Of a DNA stretch of 64,000 bases, positions 38,231 to 51,659 are shown piece by piece; positions within the stretch are counted from its first letter, which is position 1; every line of letters begins with the position of its first letter. The DNA lies in contig MU058824.1 in assembly GCA_013265495.1 (NCBI GenBank), positions 2,817,111 to 2,881,110 on the forward strand, read 5' to 3'. The translations under genes were made by a program, and so were the position numbers. The notes under the pieces are model-generated. The model was not told the origin of the DNA and made no database searches. It was given only the letters and a program-made list of their open reading frames with translations. This DNA is from Vicugna vicugna. Taxonomy: Eukaryota.

Positions 38231-41200
38231 AGTCAGTAAAAACTTTTTAAAATATGCAAAATGTGAATTCTACTCCACAGTAAATCCAATCTAATTTTAA
38301 TATAAAAATGATACATAATTTTTCTCTTAGAAAAATCTGATAACAACTGATGCTTCAGGAAGACACTCTATGTTTATTCCAACCCCAGGACGGAGGCCCA
38401 GACTCTAGCATCCCTATGAGGGGAGGCCATGTGTCTGACCCTTCTCTGCCCTCCCCATCCCCAGGGCCTCAGGTGCTCTCCTGTCAGCAGCCATGCTGCT
38501 AAGAGACTCCTCCTCACCACAGTGGCTGCCCAAAGCTTCGGATTACCCCAGGCCCTAAAGGGCAGAACCTAATTCTGACAAGCTCAACTAGCTGATGTCA
38601 GAGCCAAGGCCAGGGAAGGAAAGCTAAGTGAGATGTTAGAATTTGAACATAAGTAGCTTCTTCAGTCGATGACTTAAGTTTCACAGAGTAATCCCTCTTC
38701 CCTTTCTTTAGAGTAGTGCTCTCTCCTGGCACTCATGGAGAAACAGCCATTCGAAACAAAGGCGTTCAATTATGCTAATAATAGCTTTTCCATAATAATG
38801 CGTAGAGTGCTGAGGCCACCCTAGTAATATAATTCCATGGCTTCAACCCACCCCCTCTTCTGACCTCAATCTCAGCCCCTTCTTTCCACACAGATCACTG
38901 AAAGGGAGTTCCCAAAACAGGACACTCAACAACCCTGTGCCACACATAGCACTAAGCAATATAGGACAAGTCTGACCCAATCACTTCCCTGTCCTCTGTG
39001 GCCCCCAGTGGCCTCCAAGTCAAATCTGAAGCTCTGAAGCCTTGCTCATAAGCCTCATCTCCTTCTGCCTGCCCCATGCACCAGAGGGTCTCAGTTCCCT
39101 CCAAGCTTTTGCATATTCTGCTTTCTCTAGCTGATTCTAAAATTACTCCCATCCCAGAGCACCATCTCTCCTGCCTTGCACTTTGTTCCCCTGTTCAACT
39201 GTGATGGCCCTCAATCTGAGGCTGCCCACAGTTCAGCCCTGACAGGGCATGGCATGTAGGAGACATCAACAAGCACTCTAAAGAAATAAACCAGTGTGGG
39301 CTCCTGGAAAGAGGATCCCTAGCTCACGGTGGTTGTCTCTTCTCTGGAGACAGTTTCAACACCCTGTGGTTCGGGCCATGGATGGACATCTGACCCAACC
39401 CAGGATGGTTTAAGTCCTTCTGGGGATTTCCCCAACTGGACCTGGGAAAAGAGGAACTATTCATCCCTTGGGGCAAAGGTTTGAGCTTTAGGATGGGGAG
39501 AGCGGTCAGTGCTGTGTCCCCTAACAAGGAAGAAGCTATTAGAGAATGGGGCTGACTCACATATAAGTAGAGATGAAAGATGGGAGGAGGAGCTTGGCTG
39601 CACTGAGTTCCTGTGTCCTTGAAGTCAACCTGGACATGATTCGTTAATGTGAGAAAGGCTTTTCCATGATATAGCGACATGGGAAAGCCCAGTATCTTCC
39701 CAAAAACCTCCTCCCCCTCTTGGCCTACATGTATGTGAATTGGGTTTATATGATAACCAAAAGCAGCCTAACTGAGTGAACCAAGTACATTCTGAGTTTG
39801 GCCTCTGTTGTAAGGAATCCTAAAGTCAGGCTTGGAAGACTTCCTGTGGGAAGAGACACCATCATACCCCTTCATCTGTCTGGGAAAACAAGAGGCCTCA
39901 ACCATGGCCTCTGCTCCTTCTTTACCTGTCCGATCTCCCTCTATCTTCCCTTCTAGAGAATTTCATGAAATCCCAAAGGAACTATCCTAACAGGGGGCTG
40001 CCTATCCATCCTCACTGGTTCCAAAAACACAAGCCCAAAGGAGTGGTATACTCACTATTAATTCTGTCCTGCCCAGGCTTTGTCCTGAGACCCACACAGA
40101 CAGCCTGGCCAGCAGATGGGCCACTGGGAGGGAGGCCTGGTGTGGTTTCCACTGCTAGGCCTGGGTGAGGGGCACAGGAATGGGAAGGGTTTGTCTCAGA
40201 TGCACTGTACAGGCCAAGAGCTATTCAATTTGAAGATCACATCTCAGTGCTTCCTCTGAAGCCCCTCATCATTAACTAGAAGAGACAAGATGAGACAAGA
40301 TAAAATAACAGGCAGGAGACAGCCTGAAGCACTGGAAAACCCCTGGCTGGTTCAGAAGCTTCAGGCTCTAGTCCCAGCTCTGCCCTGACTGGCCACGTGG
40401 CCAAGCACAAGCCCCTTCTCTCTCTGGGCCTCTTTCTCCAACTGTAAAGTGACGGGACTGGAAGATTTCTAAGGGCCCTTCTAATTCTGATGTTGGTGGA
40501 TTCCCCTGTTACATGGACAGGGAGAGACAACAGGGAATTCCCAGGGGTGGGAGGAGAGAGAACAGCACAGACATCAGGGGTGTGGAGCCAAATGGCAGCT
40601 GGTAACCCAGTCCAAAGCACAGCCTGAGACAAATGCTCGCCACCCTACCCAAGCCCCTCACACCAGACAGCAGGGTAATATAGGGGCCCCACATCCAGAG
40701 ATGACAAGTTCTCAGCTCCAGCCCCAGGATGGAGGTATCTGTAGCCTAAAAAGGCACCTCTCCATATCCTACCACTTCTTTCATCCCACTTCATCTTGGC
40801 CCCTTTGATGAAAGGGAAAAGGGCAGGGAAGACCAGGGAACAAATCCAAAGAACAGGCACTCCTGAGGGAGGCTTTGGAAGTGGGGTAGGGGGTCCCAGT
40901 CCTCGACTGGGAGTCAAGAGACCCTGGTTTGAGGCCCAGCTCTACCCCTGTCTGCTCTGTGCCCCCAGGCAGTCCTTTCCCCTCTCCAGGCCCAGGTCTC
41001 TGCACGGTGAGGGGTGAGAACATTTGACTGCTGAGGACCCTTTATATCTAACATTCCATCTTTCTGGGAGGTGTTACTCCAGTAATGATTCAGGTCTCAT
41101 TCTCCCAGGGATGGTGCAAATAACAGAGCACTTGATGACCATCATGAGGAGAGAGAGAAACGGTTCTTTTTCCTCAATTTACAACCTTCAGTCATTCACA

Positions 41201-42414
41201 GGCAGCCAAGGAGCCTTACAGATGAGACCTATGCCATCTCCCATTACCAACCCTACTACCATTCCCATCCTCAGGAGATAGGCCACATCTTTTACGTGGC
41301 ACAGAAAAGGGGGGTGAGAGGGGTTTGGGTAGAAATAACCACCTCCCTGCTCCAGGGATGGTGGGACCCAGTAGAGCAGACACCTGTGCTGAGGAAAGAC
41401 ACCAGGATTAGCTATGTGATCTCAGGCTGGCCGAGGTTTAGAGGAAAACACAGGACCAGGAAAGAGGAGGCATAAGAAGGGGAGTCCTGTCTCACGATCT
41501 TTTGGCTTCTTTGCACCCGGAGCAACAGAGCTTTCTCGTGGACCCCATGTAAACTCCCTAAATAGACACTCCCACATTTCAATGTAGAACCCAAAGCAGC
41601 CCAAATATGGAAAAAGTGGTTTGTGGATTATATCAACCATATCTTCACTCTATGTAAATAGATGAAGAGTTGGTCCTCTAAGGCCAGGGCCCTGTCCTGA
41701 GACCACGCTATGTTCAATCTTTGAGATTAAAGGACTGTTATTGCAGGCCACCTACCCTGACTAATATCCAAAGTAAATAACTAGATCCATCTTTCCTTAA
41801 CCACACAGTGCCTGAGGTTCTCTTTGGTATTTTGAGGATCCCCAGGAAGCACCCCTATCTCTCTGTTCACTCTAGCTCTATATGTCTGCATCCAGCTCCA
41901 TCCTGCTTCATTCCCAGCATTTCAGCAACATCCTCCAGGCCCGGCCCTCCCCCTCTCCCTACAGCCCTTCACCCCACCCCCACCTCAGAACCTTTAACCA
42001 TTAGAGCCACGTAAGTTCACTGAAGATCTGAGGGTCACAGCAGGGAATTTGCAGAATAAGAAAACCATCCAAAATGAAACATCAGGCACCACATTAGCTA
42101 AAGCTCATCAGCCAAACACACCATGAGGAGTCCCTTGTTGCTCCAGCTTTTGGTGAGATTCCAGCCTCCTTACACTTACTTATTCACTCAACAATACTAG
42201 CTGTGCAACGGCCATGTTCTGGGCATCCCTTCTAAGTGCTGGGGACATGTATAAAATAGCACAAAGTCCCTACTATTATGAAGTTTACTTTCTAGTGGGA
42301 ACAAAAGCAAACAAATATATATCAAAGTTAAGAAAAATTATTCAAAACATGAAAGTAAGGCCCTTATAGCCATAACATGGTCTAATAATCTTCCTAATCA
42401 TCATCTGACTTCCC

Positions 42415-42815
42415 AAGGCTGTGCCATCCAATAGGGGAGCCACTAAAGTTTATGGCGGCTATTTAAATTTAAATCTTGACTTTTTACCTTTATATTAATT
42501 AATGTAATATATTTAACATAATAACTTATACATTTACATGTAATTTATATCATACTAAATTATTTATATCATATTTATATTACATTAAGTTGTATATTAT
42601 ATTGATATATACATAAATGAAATATATATTTAATGCATCAATTAAATTTATTGAGATTTCATTTAATTTAAATAAACATTAAAATTCTGTTTCTCAGGCA
42701 TACCAACCACATTTCAAGAGCTGACTAGCCCCATGAAGCCAGACGCCATCATACTGGATGGTGCAGATATAGAACGTTCCCTTCATTATAGAAAGTCCTT
42801 TCAGACAGCACTGCT
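42415..42815. mobile_element. MER33/MER3-type hAT MITE with internal AT-rich expansion
   Basis: ctgtgccatccaataggggagccacta...ccacatttcaagagct...gcagatatagaac...cagcactg. Confidence 0.8.
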
Positions 42816-43219
42816 CTAGGAGAGTAACTTTTGTTTGAGTTACTATTTGCTATTGATTAGGGCCCAGAGTCTAAGAAGTGAAATGTTAACTTAAGGAAGA
42901 TTGATAAGCTGCAAATGATTTTTGTCCAGCAGAGATGCAAATGATTTCTGTCTGGAAGAAAGGATAAACCTCAGAGGTTAAGGTCTCATTGTGCTATAGG
43001 ACATTAACCAATTTAGTATCTAACTTTGCAATCTTATTCCAGGACTCTTTTTTCATTTGATTATATATAGCCCATAGTCCTTTTGAACCAGCATTGTCAT
43101 CCTGCTCATTCTCTCACTAATGAGTTGAATAAATCACTGGCACATCCCACTGGGTGCTTTTGACTCTTTGGAAATTATACTTTGACATCAGGTAATGATC
43201 GGGGCTTGAGGAAAATTTA

Positions 43220-43600
43220 AGCAGACTGAAGGGACAGAAAGCGATAGTGTGCAATTTTAGCTAGGCAGGTCAGAGGAAGCCTTTCTGAGGAGGTGACATT
43301 TGAGCAAAGACGGAATGAAATGAAGGAACAGGCTGTTTGGAGACTAGGGGTGTGGGGTCCAGCAGGGGAGCACAGGTGCAAAGGCAGGTGTTGAGACTGT
43401 CTTTTGCTTAGTGTTTGAGGGGAGCTAGGAAGCTGGTGTGGGTGGAGCTGTGAAATCCTGATGGGTAAAGAGCTATGCAAGAGGCCTGGTTTTATAGGGC
43501 CTTGAGTCCAAGGTTAGGACACGGGATTGCATTTTACAGGTGGCTGAGGATTTTAAGTGGAAATATAACTCCCTCTCATACTCCAGGGAGAGTGTTGAAG
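43220..43600 (-). mobile_element. L2 relic
   Basis: ggtcagaggaagcctttctgaggaggtgacatttgagcaaagac...caggtgcaaaggc. Confidence 0.8.
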
Positions 43601-44179
43601 AACATCCTTTGTGATCTGCCCCGCTGAGGCTCTCCCAGGTGGTGGGAGGGAACAGGACACCTTTCACAACATGCTGAGTCCCAGAGGACGCATTTGTTGA
43701 AGCATTATGGGTGGGCCCCCGGAGATGTGCCAGGCCAGACCTGGAAGTAAACTCCCTTGACCGACCTAGCCTCACCCACCCTCTATGTGTCACACAAAGG
43801 CTCTTAAGGAGCAATTTTCTCTGGAAGAAGACTTTAGTAGACCTTTCAGAAGGTTCCAAAGCAGCAAGCTTTCAACCAAGAGGTTTTCGTCTCATTCCAG
43901 ATGGATGAAGCTGGGTTTTCACCAGACATGGTAGCAGGTCTGGGGCTTCAGAGAGCTGGTGAGTTTGCTAGTACGTGACCAAGGATTTGGGATGGATGAT
44001 ATAGACAGGAGGGGCTAAGAGACTGACTGAAATGGGGGAGGGTAAAAAAGCACCTAGAAGTGTCTAAGGTGGAAGAGCAAGGGCAAGAGGGCAGCTATGG
44101 CCAGGGAGTGAGATGTGACAGCTGAGATTTCAGGGATGGGGAAGGCCCTCGTGGGTGTGGGTCCCAGCACAATGGTGCC

Positions 44180-44420
44180 TGCATCAAATGCCAGCTCTGC
44201 TACTTAGAACCTGCACGACCTTGTGCAAATTGGTGCAAATTATGTACCCTCCCTGTGGTGCACTTCTCTCGTGTGTAAAGTAGTGGGATAACAGTATTCC
44301 CTCTGAAGGACTGCTGGAGCACCAAATGAGATAACCTGTGTGGAGGCCTTGGAACAGTGCCAGCCAGGCATGAGGCAAGTGCACGGTATGTACCAGCTGC
44401 CGCTATTGTTGTAATAGGTG
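44180..44420 (+). mobile_element. MIR
   Basis: tcaaatgccagctctgctactt...gaccttgtgcaaatt...aaatgagataa. Confidence 0.75.
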
Positions 44421-44979
44421 ATCCTGAGACTGCGGGGCTGAAGCGGAGTGTGAATCAAAGGGACACTGAAGCCGCTTAGGATGGTGGTGGGGCTTGGGTC
44501 TCAGAGAGGGAGAGTGTGTTGAACTGAATGCTGCCTGCCAGAGGTACAAGGAGGCTGGGGTTGACTGTCACAATGATGACCTGCCTGCCCGGGCACCCTC
44601 CAGGGCCATCTTCCAGGCTCCTTCCTCCAACAGAATGCAGAGTGAATCCCAAGCCACTCAGAAGCCCTCAGTGCCACCCAGCGTTACGGAGTCCTAGGAG
44701 TCTTAAGTGCATCATCTCATTCGGTCCTCCCACAGCCCTGAAAGACAAGTATCAACATCCCCATGTCACACTTCACTCCATGGCCGGAGTAGGTTGATCA
44801 AGGGCTCAGCTCAACAGGATTTTCTTCCTTTGCTTCCACTAGGGCAGCCTCCTTTTTGTTGGTGTCCCTATTGAGCTTTTGCTGAAGATACTGCTGGATA
44901 AAACTGTTATTGTTTCTGCCAACAGCTTAAAAAATAACAAGGATTGAAGGACTGAAAAGACCTAGCCTTGATCATCTTT

Positions 44980-45126
44980 TTTTGAGGGGAGGGAGAGGTA
45001 ATTAGATATATATGTGTGTGTGTGTGTGTGTGTTGGGAAGGGTGTGGGTTCTACTCTTTTAGATGAACCTAGGACCTCGAGCATGCTAAGCATGCACTCT
45101 ACCACAGAGCTACAGCCTCCCCCCTG
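44980..45126 (-). mobile_element. tRNA-Ala-derived camelid SINE (Vic-1-type)
   Basis: - strand GGGGGAGGCTGTAGCTCTGTGGTAGAGTGCATGCTTAGCATGCTCGAGGTCCTAGGTTC...CTAATTACCTC...A-tail; 15-bp TSD GCCTTGATCATCTTT at 44965-44979 and 45127-45141. Confidence 0.88.
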
Positions 45127-46149
45127 GCCTTGATCATCTTTAAGGGGCTCTTAAAATTTTGGCATTTTTTGGCTCCAAATTGCTCTGAAATCTTCCAGGT
45201 AATCTTTAGTCTCAGTGGGACCCAAAGAGGTCTTCTTCCCCAAGGTCATTGCTAAGCATGCTCCTTTGGCTTCACACAGATCCACAAATAAACTGAAATG
45301 TCAGGCATCCCAGGAGGCTCTGCTCATGGGCAGAAAAGGGCAGGTTTATGCCAAAGGGAGAAGAGAAAAGGAATATGATCTTGTTCCTTTCCAGATCTCC
45401 CTTGTTCATTGAGATTCATCAGCAGCTTGCTTGGATACACTTCAATACGCTCCCCAGCAGAAACATACAGAATGCAATGATCCGCAAAGCTTATCTGCTC
45501 ATCCAGGCGGGTCACAGGACAAAGGGCAGCAGAGGGAGAGCCCATTCTGCTCTACCCTACCCTATCCCTGTCCAACTCTGTAAGCATATGTCCATTTTCA
45601 CTGCCCCATGTGCCATTCTCCTTCCCCAAGAGAGGGCAGGACCCTCACTCCTGCTGATGGACATGGCTGTTCTGGAACAATCCCTACCATCAGACACTTT
45701 CATTCCATCACTCACAATGCTTCCTCCATGTGGAAAAGAATGTCCTTCTGAGTCATGAACCTCCCAACCTCCATCTCTGAGTGTAAAAATGAACTCTCTC
45801 CCCTATCTTTATGTCTAAGATAAGAGAATTTGGTTAATTTTAAAATGCTCTTATTTGTACTTTTCTATACTTCTTGGTTCTGTTTAATTAGCAGGTATTA
45901 CAAATACAAAAGCAGTAAAACTATTATCTTTATGTAGGTTTCTTTTTTCTTATTGTTACTTACCCTTCAGGGTCCAGGAAAAATTCCTGGCCAGCAAAAA
46001 CCTCTACCTCTTCTAAGGCCCCAAAGCTCTTCATTTCTCTCTCCTAAATCCCTGAGCATTGTACACCTACAGTTAATGGTCTTAAGGCCAAGTCATACCT
46101 CCTTCCCAATCAGACTATGAGTGCACTGAGGACAAATTGGGTGATCTGT

Positions 46150-47400
46150 CCCCACTGCCCAACTCCCCACCTCCAACACCTCCATCATTACAACCATCAT
46201 TCCCCTTTTCAACAGTACCACACTATCTCACCCACCACTCACCAACACCATCATTATCACCTCTACGTCATCAATACAATCACTATCACCCACCACCATC
46301 CCTACACTCACCATCACTAACACCACAATCAACAATAACAAAACCAGAGTTGCCACCACCAACATCATCACCATTACCACCATGCCACTTTCACCACCAT
46401 TACACCTATGATAGGCAGAAAAATCACTTTCCAAAGATGTCTACAATCTAATTCCTGGTACCTGTAAATATATTACCTTACATTTCAAAAAGGACTTTGT
46501 AGATATGATTAAGGATAAGAATCTTGAGATGGGGAAATTATCCTGGGTTATCTGGATGGGTCCAATCTAACCACATGAGTCCATAAAAATAGAGAAACTT
46601 TCCTGGCTGTGGTTGGAGAGAGAGACAACGAAAGAATGGTCAGAGAGGTGTGACATCACTGGCCTTGAAGATGGAAAAAGGGGTTTATGAACTAATGTAC
46701 ATAAGTGTTCTCTAAGAGATGGAAGAGGCCATGAAACAGATTCTCCCTTAGCGCCTCCAGAGAGGAACTCAGCCTGCTGACACCTTGATTTTTTATTTTT
46801 GAGCCCTGTGTTGGCCTTCTGATCTACAGAACTATAAGGTAATAAATTTCTATTGTTTTAAGCCACTAAATTTGCGGTAACTTTTGACAACAATAGAAAA
46901 TATGACCTCCAACAATCCTGCCACAGTCACAACCACTCATCCCACCGTCACTACCCCTAAAACATTACCGTCATTAAAAACACCATCACAACCACCACCT
47001 CCAAAACTACCACCATCATAAACAATAACAAATCACTCCATTAACAATAGCTTTATCCTTAAACAATACCTGTCACTACTATCCCCACCACTACCTCCCC
47101 CATAAAAGACACTCCCCACCACCACAACCCACATCAGCACCACCACTGTTACCCTGTCAACAACACCACAATCACCACTGCCCATCAATTCAGCCCCCCA
47201 AAAACCACCTATCTAACCCCATCACCACCCATCATCAGCAGTGCTACCAACCCATCACCGCCATCATCACCACCCATTACCACCACAACATCAGCACCAC
47301 CACAATCATCAATACTCATCTATAACCCCACCATAGTAGCACCCTCTACCACTACCATCACCACTACCTATGCCACCCACCTTCACCACCATCACCACTT
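46150..47400 (+). repeat. Degenerate (CAC/CAT)n low-complexity tract split by an MLT1D insertion
   Basis: caccaccatc-type repeats on both sides of 46409-46904. Confidence 0.9.
46409..46904 (+). mobile_element. Solo MaLR LTR (MLT1D-like)
   Basis: ggactttgtagatatgattaagg...ggccttgaagatgga...aataaatttctattgttttaagccactaaatttgcggtaa; near-TSD ACCTA/ACCTC. Confidence 0.9.
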
Positions 47401-48689
47401 CTGAGCATGGGCATCGTGAACAACTGGCTGGCTGGTTACATGAATAAATAAGTAAAGGAATGAAGGAAAAGACAAGCTCAGAACGTCTGTGGAAGTCAGC
47501 TCCACCGTTTGGTGACTTGTGGTGTGTAATGTAAATAGATTTGTACATCAGAGCTTTGTCTTTTTAACATCCCTTTCAACTTCCCAACTAACCCATCTGC
47601 TGCCTTCTTCAGCCACTGTCTGGCACTCCCTAAAGCCTGAAGCAACCTCCTGCAAGACAGTGCCGAGATGGCTGGCAAGACTTTGAGACAGAGAAGCTGA
47701 AAGTCTGAGTTCTTAGTGAATGAAGAATAAGTGTGCAGCCAGCTGCCTCTCAGCTCCTGGGGCGATGAGGTGGGGCTGTCCAAGGAGCTCTGAATAAACT
47801 AATTTAAAGTGTGGAAGGAGAAGGGAGAAGCAGTCTTACCCAATCCAAATTCTGCTGATGTTTCTGGGCCTTGGCTATTCTCACTCCCTATGAAACGCCA
47901 GTCTTGTCCTCCCAGCTTCCCTCCCTGCCACTCAGCATGCAGCCTGATGCCTTGGGACATGGCTGGTAGCCAGAAGATCTAAGTTCTTGCTTCTAGCTCC
48001 TGCCCTGATAATGGCTTTCTGGGTCTCCTCATCTGAGCAAGGAGTAAATTAGAAAAGATGTGTCTCGTGCTCCTCAAGCTCTGATGATCTCTAGCTCAAA
48101 ATTTCCACCAAGAGTACTTTTTTGCTGGAATCCATCTCCTTGTATGGATAATCTCTCTCTGTTCACATCCTTAATGGTGAACACGATCCCAAAGTGATGG
48201 TTGGGGTGAGCATCCAAGAAGAAGGGATGGAATACTTTATCTTTAGATCCAATGGCTCAGTCATGAATTTTAAAGCTAGAAGGGCTTCAGGGATCAGCTG
48301 GTCCAAAGCCTGAGTTGAAAATCCTCTCAAGACCCCCAGCCAGGCAGTGCCAGACCCCAAACCAGGGCCAGAGTTCCTGACATCCCTGCTCTGCTGAGCT
48401 CTTTCTGCAGCCCCAGGAAACCTGAAGAAGCTACTGGATCAACCCCAATACTTTTCTTAAGTTCCCACCTCATACCCACATAGCTGCTGCAGCCCAGACT
48501 CTACCTGAGGAGCTGAAGCCACAGCCCCCAATAAAGAAGTCTTAGGATTTCTGGGGCCATGTCATCCTATGAGCCTCAGAGAACCCAAAGGGAACAACAG
48601 GTGCACTTACCATTGAAGCATTTTCCAGGGCTGGGTAGCAGAAGGAGAGGGGAAGACTAGAGAGAAGGCTCTGTTATTACAGCCTTCCT

Positions 48690-48892
48690 CCATCTCTGCT
48701 TCTTGTCTCTCTCACACACTCTTGGTCTCTTTCTGACTCAGTCTCTTTGTTTGTCTGTTGGTTTGTCTTTTATCATTTTTCATCTCTTTCTCCTTCTGTC
48801 CCTTTGACTCTTTGTTCCTATCTCATTCTCTCTGTGTTTCTCTCTGTCCACATCTTCTCTCATCTCTTCCTCTCTCTCTCTCTCTTTCTCTA
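48690..48892 (+). repeat. CT-rich low-complexity tract
   Basis: Seen directly. Confidence 0.85.
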
Positions 48893-49529
48893 TTCATCAG
48901 TGGTTTTGCTCTTGGAATTTAAAAGATAGGTGCCAATTTCAAGGTCTTATTATTCCAGCTCTAGGAAAATACTTTTTCATGAAATAAGACATCCAGGAGT
49001 TACAACAATTCTTACAAAACTTCATGGTCGGTAGAGAGGGAGGAGCTCAGGTCTGAGAGTGGGAACCCAGTCCTTTCTCAGTCCTGTCACAACCTGCTGG
49101 GTGACCTCAGGAAGCCTTCTTGGGGCTTCAGCTTCTGCATCTATTGGGACACGCTGATCCAGAACACCAGCTCCAGCTCTGACAACCCAGTATTTTGAAG
49201 GATCTGATATTCAGATTCCCCAGCTCAGCTAGTGTTAATCCTAGCTGTGGGCACCATCAACCACTTGCCTTCATGCACACTGGCAGGGAAATCCACCAGA
49301 GTTCCCATGCCAGTAGGCGTCTCTATGCTCAGTGATTAGGATCTTGCACTAACTCTTGCTTCTTCCTCCTCCTTTGTTTAAATGTGGCTGAACATGGGTT
49401 GGGTTTGGCAGCAGATGAATCGAGCCACCCTTCAGGAAGTTCTGTCTATGGTAGGTGGACTGGAGGGGGCCTCTCAAGTAGCCGGAAGGGGAGTGAGTCT
49501 AAAGCCAGAAAACCAGAGAGAAGTTATTC

Positions 49530-51210
49530 CCTTTTTCAGCAAATGTTTACCGAACACCACCTATGTGCCAAGCACCTGACTTAAATCAGACACTGTCTTT
49601 GCCTTTAATTATAATATGAAGAAGAAAGAGGTTCTTCTCTGCTGAATGAGTAACATTCTGTGGGAATCCAGAAGCAATAGGGTTTTGCTTTGAATGAAGA
49701 GATCAAGAAAGGCTTCCCAAGAAAGTGATAGTTGATCTGAGACCTGGCAGGTGAGTAGGATTTCATTGCACAGAGAGCTGTGGGGGGAAGGTGAGGTCCA
49801 AGCAGAGGGAACAGAGAACAAAAAAGTAAGAGGGACTATTCCTTCAGAAACAGCTGAGCAGAGAAACTGAGTTGAGATCAGACTGTAGAGGTATGTGGGA
49901 ACCTACAAAAGGAGGCTAAGGAAATAACCTTTGTCCTGGGGACATGGGGAGTCATTGAAGGTTCTTCAGCAGGTGAGTAACAAGCTCCAGTTTATGCTTT
50001 AGAAAGATCCCACTGGCCATCAGTGTAGCAACTGGATGGAAGAGGAGAGAAAGAAGGTAGAGACTCTCTGGAAAGACCAAGAAAACACAGAAGTAGAAGC
50101 TGTGCCAGCAATCAGAATAAATTTATTCATCAGCACACGTACCCTAGGCTACAGGGTAGGGGAAGAAGCCAACTGGAGTGAGTCAGGGACAGGAAATGAG
50201 CTCTGAGTGGGACTTAGCAAAGGAGAATTTGCCTTAGAAGACAAGTCTGTTGAAATAAGGAGAGAGGGAAGGAAGGACAACATCTCAGAAGCCCCACAAG
50301 TGAGCCTTGTAAAAGAAATCACATGTGATAAATCAGCATACGTCAGAGCTGGCAGAGGTCTTCAAGAGAGTTCAATTCTGCATCCCACTGCATGGGTGGA
50401 GAAACCAAGGTCCAAAGAACATGAATGACTTGGCTGGTTTCTCTGGCAAGCCCATGGCAGAGCCTCATTTAGAATCAAAAGCTTCTGCCTCCAAGTCCCC
50501 CAGCTTATCCCCTCCCACATTTTTTCTGGCTAGTGTGTGGCTCCACCTTGCCAGGAAAAGGGACAAGAGCCACAGGGACCACAGGAAGGTGCCAGGAATC
50601 CTAGTTCCTATGAGGTAAGCAGGCAGCCATGGTATCAGGGGCTGTCACTCCACTCAGAATTCAGTGAGGGTAGAGCCAGGACAGAGTCAGTGAAGGTAGA
50701 AAGAAATGGTGGGGAAAGGGATATTTTGAAAGAAAAGTTAGCAGGATTAAGTAAATGATGCTCCAAGGAGAAAGAAAACAAGAACATGGGCATCCAAAAG
50801 CTCTGGTGATATTGGATCCGTGTTGGATGTCACCATCATAGTGAACAAGACCAACTTAGAGATGACCCCAAAGTGAGGAGGCTGGGGGCTGGAGAGGACA
50901 GAAGACAAAAGGACTTGTTTAGAGTGAAATTATGAGCTTGGTTTGGATAGGTTGAGTTCTAAGTGATAATGGAACTCTAAAGCTAATATTTGTTGAGCAC
51001 TTACTCAGGGCACAGAGTATCTGTGCTATCTCATTAAAGCTTCACAAAAACTCCTTGAGACAGCACAATTATTCTTAGTGGATAGATGAGAAACTGAGGA
51101 ATGGAGCTGTAAATAAATTGGTCTAAGGTTCTCTAACTTCTAAGTGCCCATGTCAGATATCAAACCCAGGTACACCTAACTCCAAAGCCCACTCTCATTA
51201 TTACTGTGCT
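49530..51210 (-). mobile_element. L2 fragments interspersed with MIRs
   Basis: caaatgtttaccgaacaccacctatgtgccaagcac, aaggcttcccaagaaagtga (L2); gatgagaaactgagg (MIR). Confidence 0.7.
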
Positions 51211-51659
51211 CCAGCTCCATCACCAAGGAGTTACAGAGAGAAAAGAAATGAGAATAGGTAAACTCTTGGAAGTAGAAAGGAGAGAGAGAATAATGGGAAT
51301 ATGGCAAACTCCAAGCAAGATGATAAACCCAGTAAGAAGTCAGAGAGGAGCAGGCAGAGGGAGGATATAGAGTCTTTGCCACAGAAGTCAAAGCTGGAGG
51401 AAACTTCAAGTCAAATGTCAAGACAAGTCTTAAAGTCTGTCTAAAGTGTCTTGTGTGAAGATGTGCTGATCACAGTAAACACAGAAGAACCTTGGGCAAT
51501 AAGAAATCCCAGTGTTCGCAGGTGCCTGGGCTGCCTAGAAGACTCAGAAGGGAGAGTTACAGTGCAGATGAGGCAGGAATAAAACTTGCTGAAGCGGAGT
51601 TAAAACAATCAGATCTATGAAGGCATATTAGGAAATGTGTCCTGACACACTTCAGGAAA

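Noticed and set aside
36362..41610. Two identical CArG boxes CCAAATATGG (36362 and 41601), the first next to an E-box
   Set aside because: A few CC(A/T)6GG sites are expected by chance in 64 kb; no supporting cluster
45060..45124. tRNA-Ala gene
   Set aside because: B-box and acceptor stem are disrupted; it has a SINE tail and TSD, so it is a SINE rather than a tRNA
46117..46451. His/Pro/Thr-rich ORFs
   Set aside because: Translation of the CAC low-complexity tract
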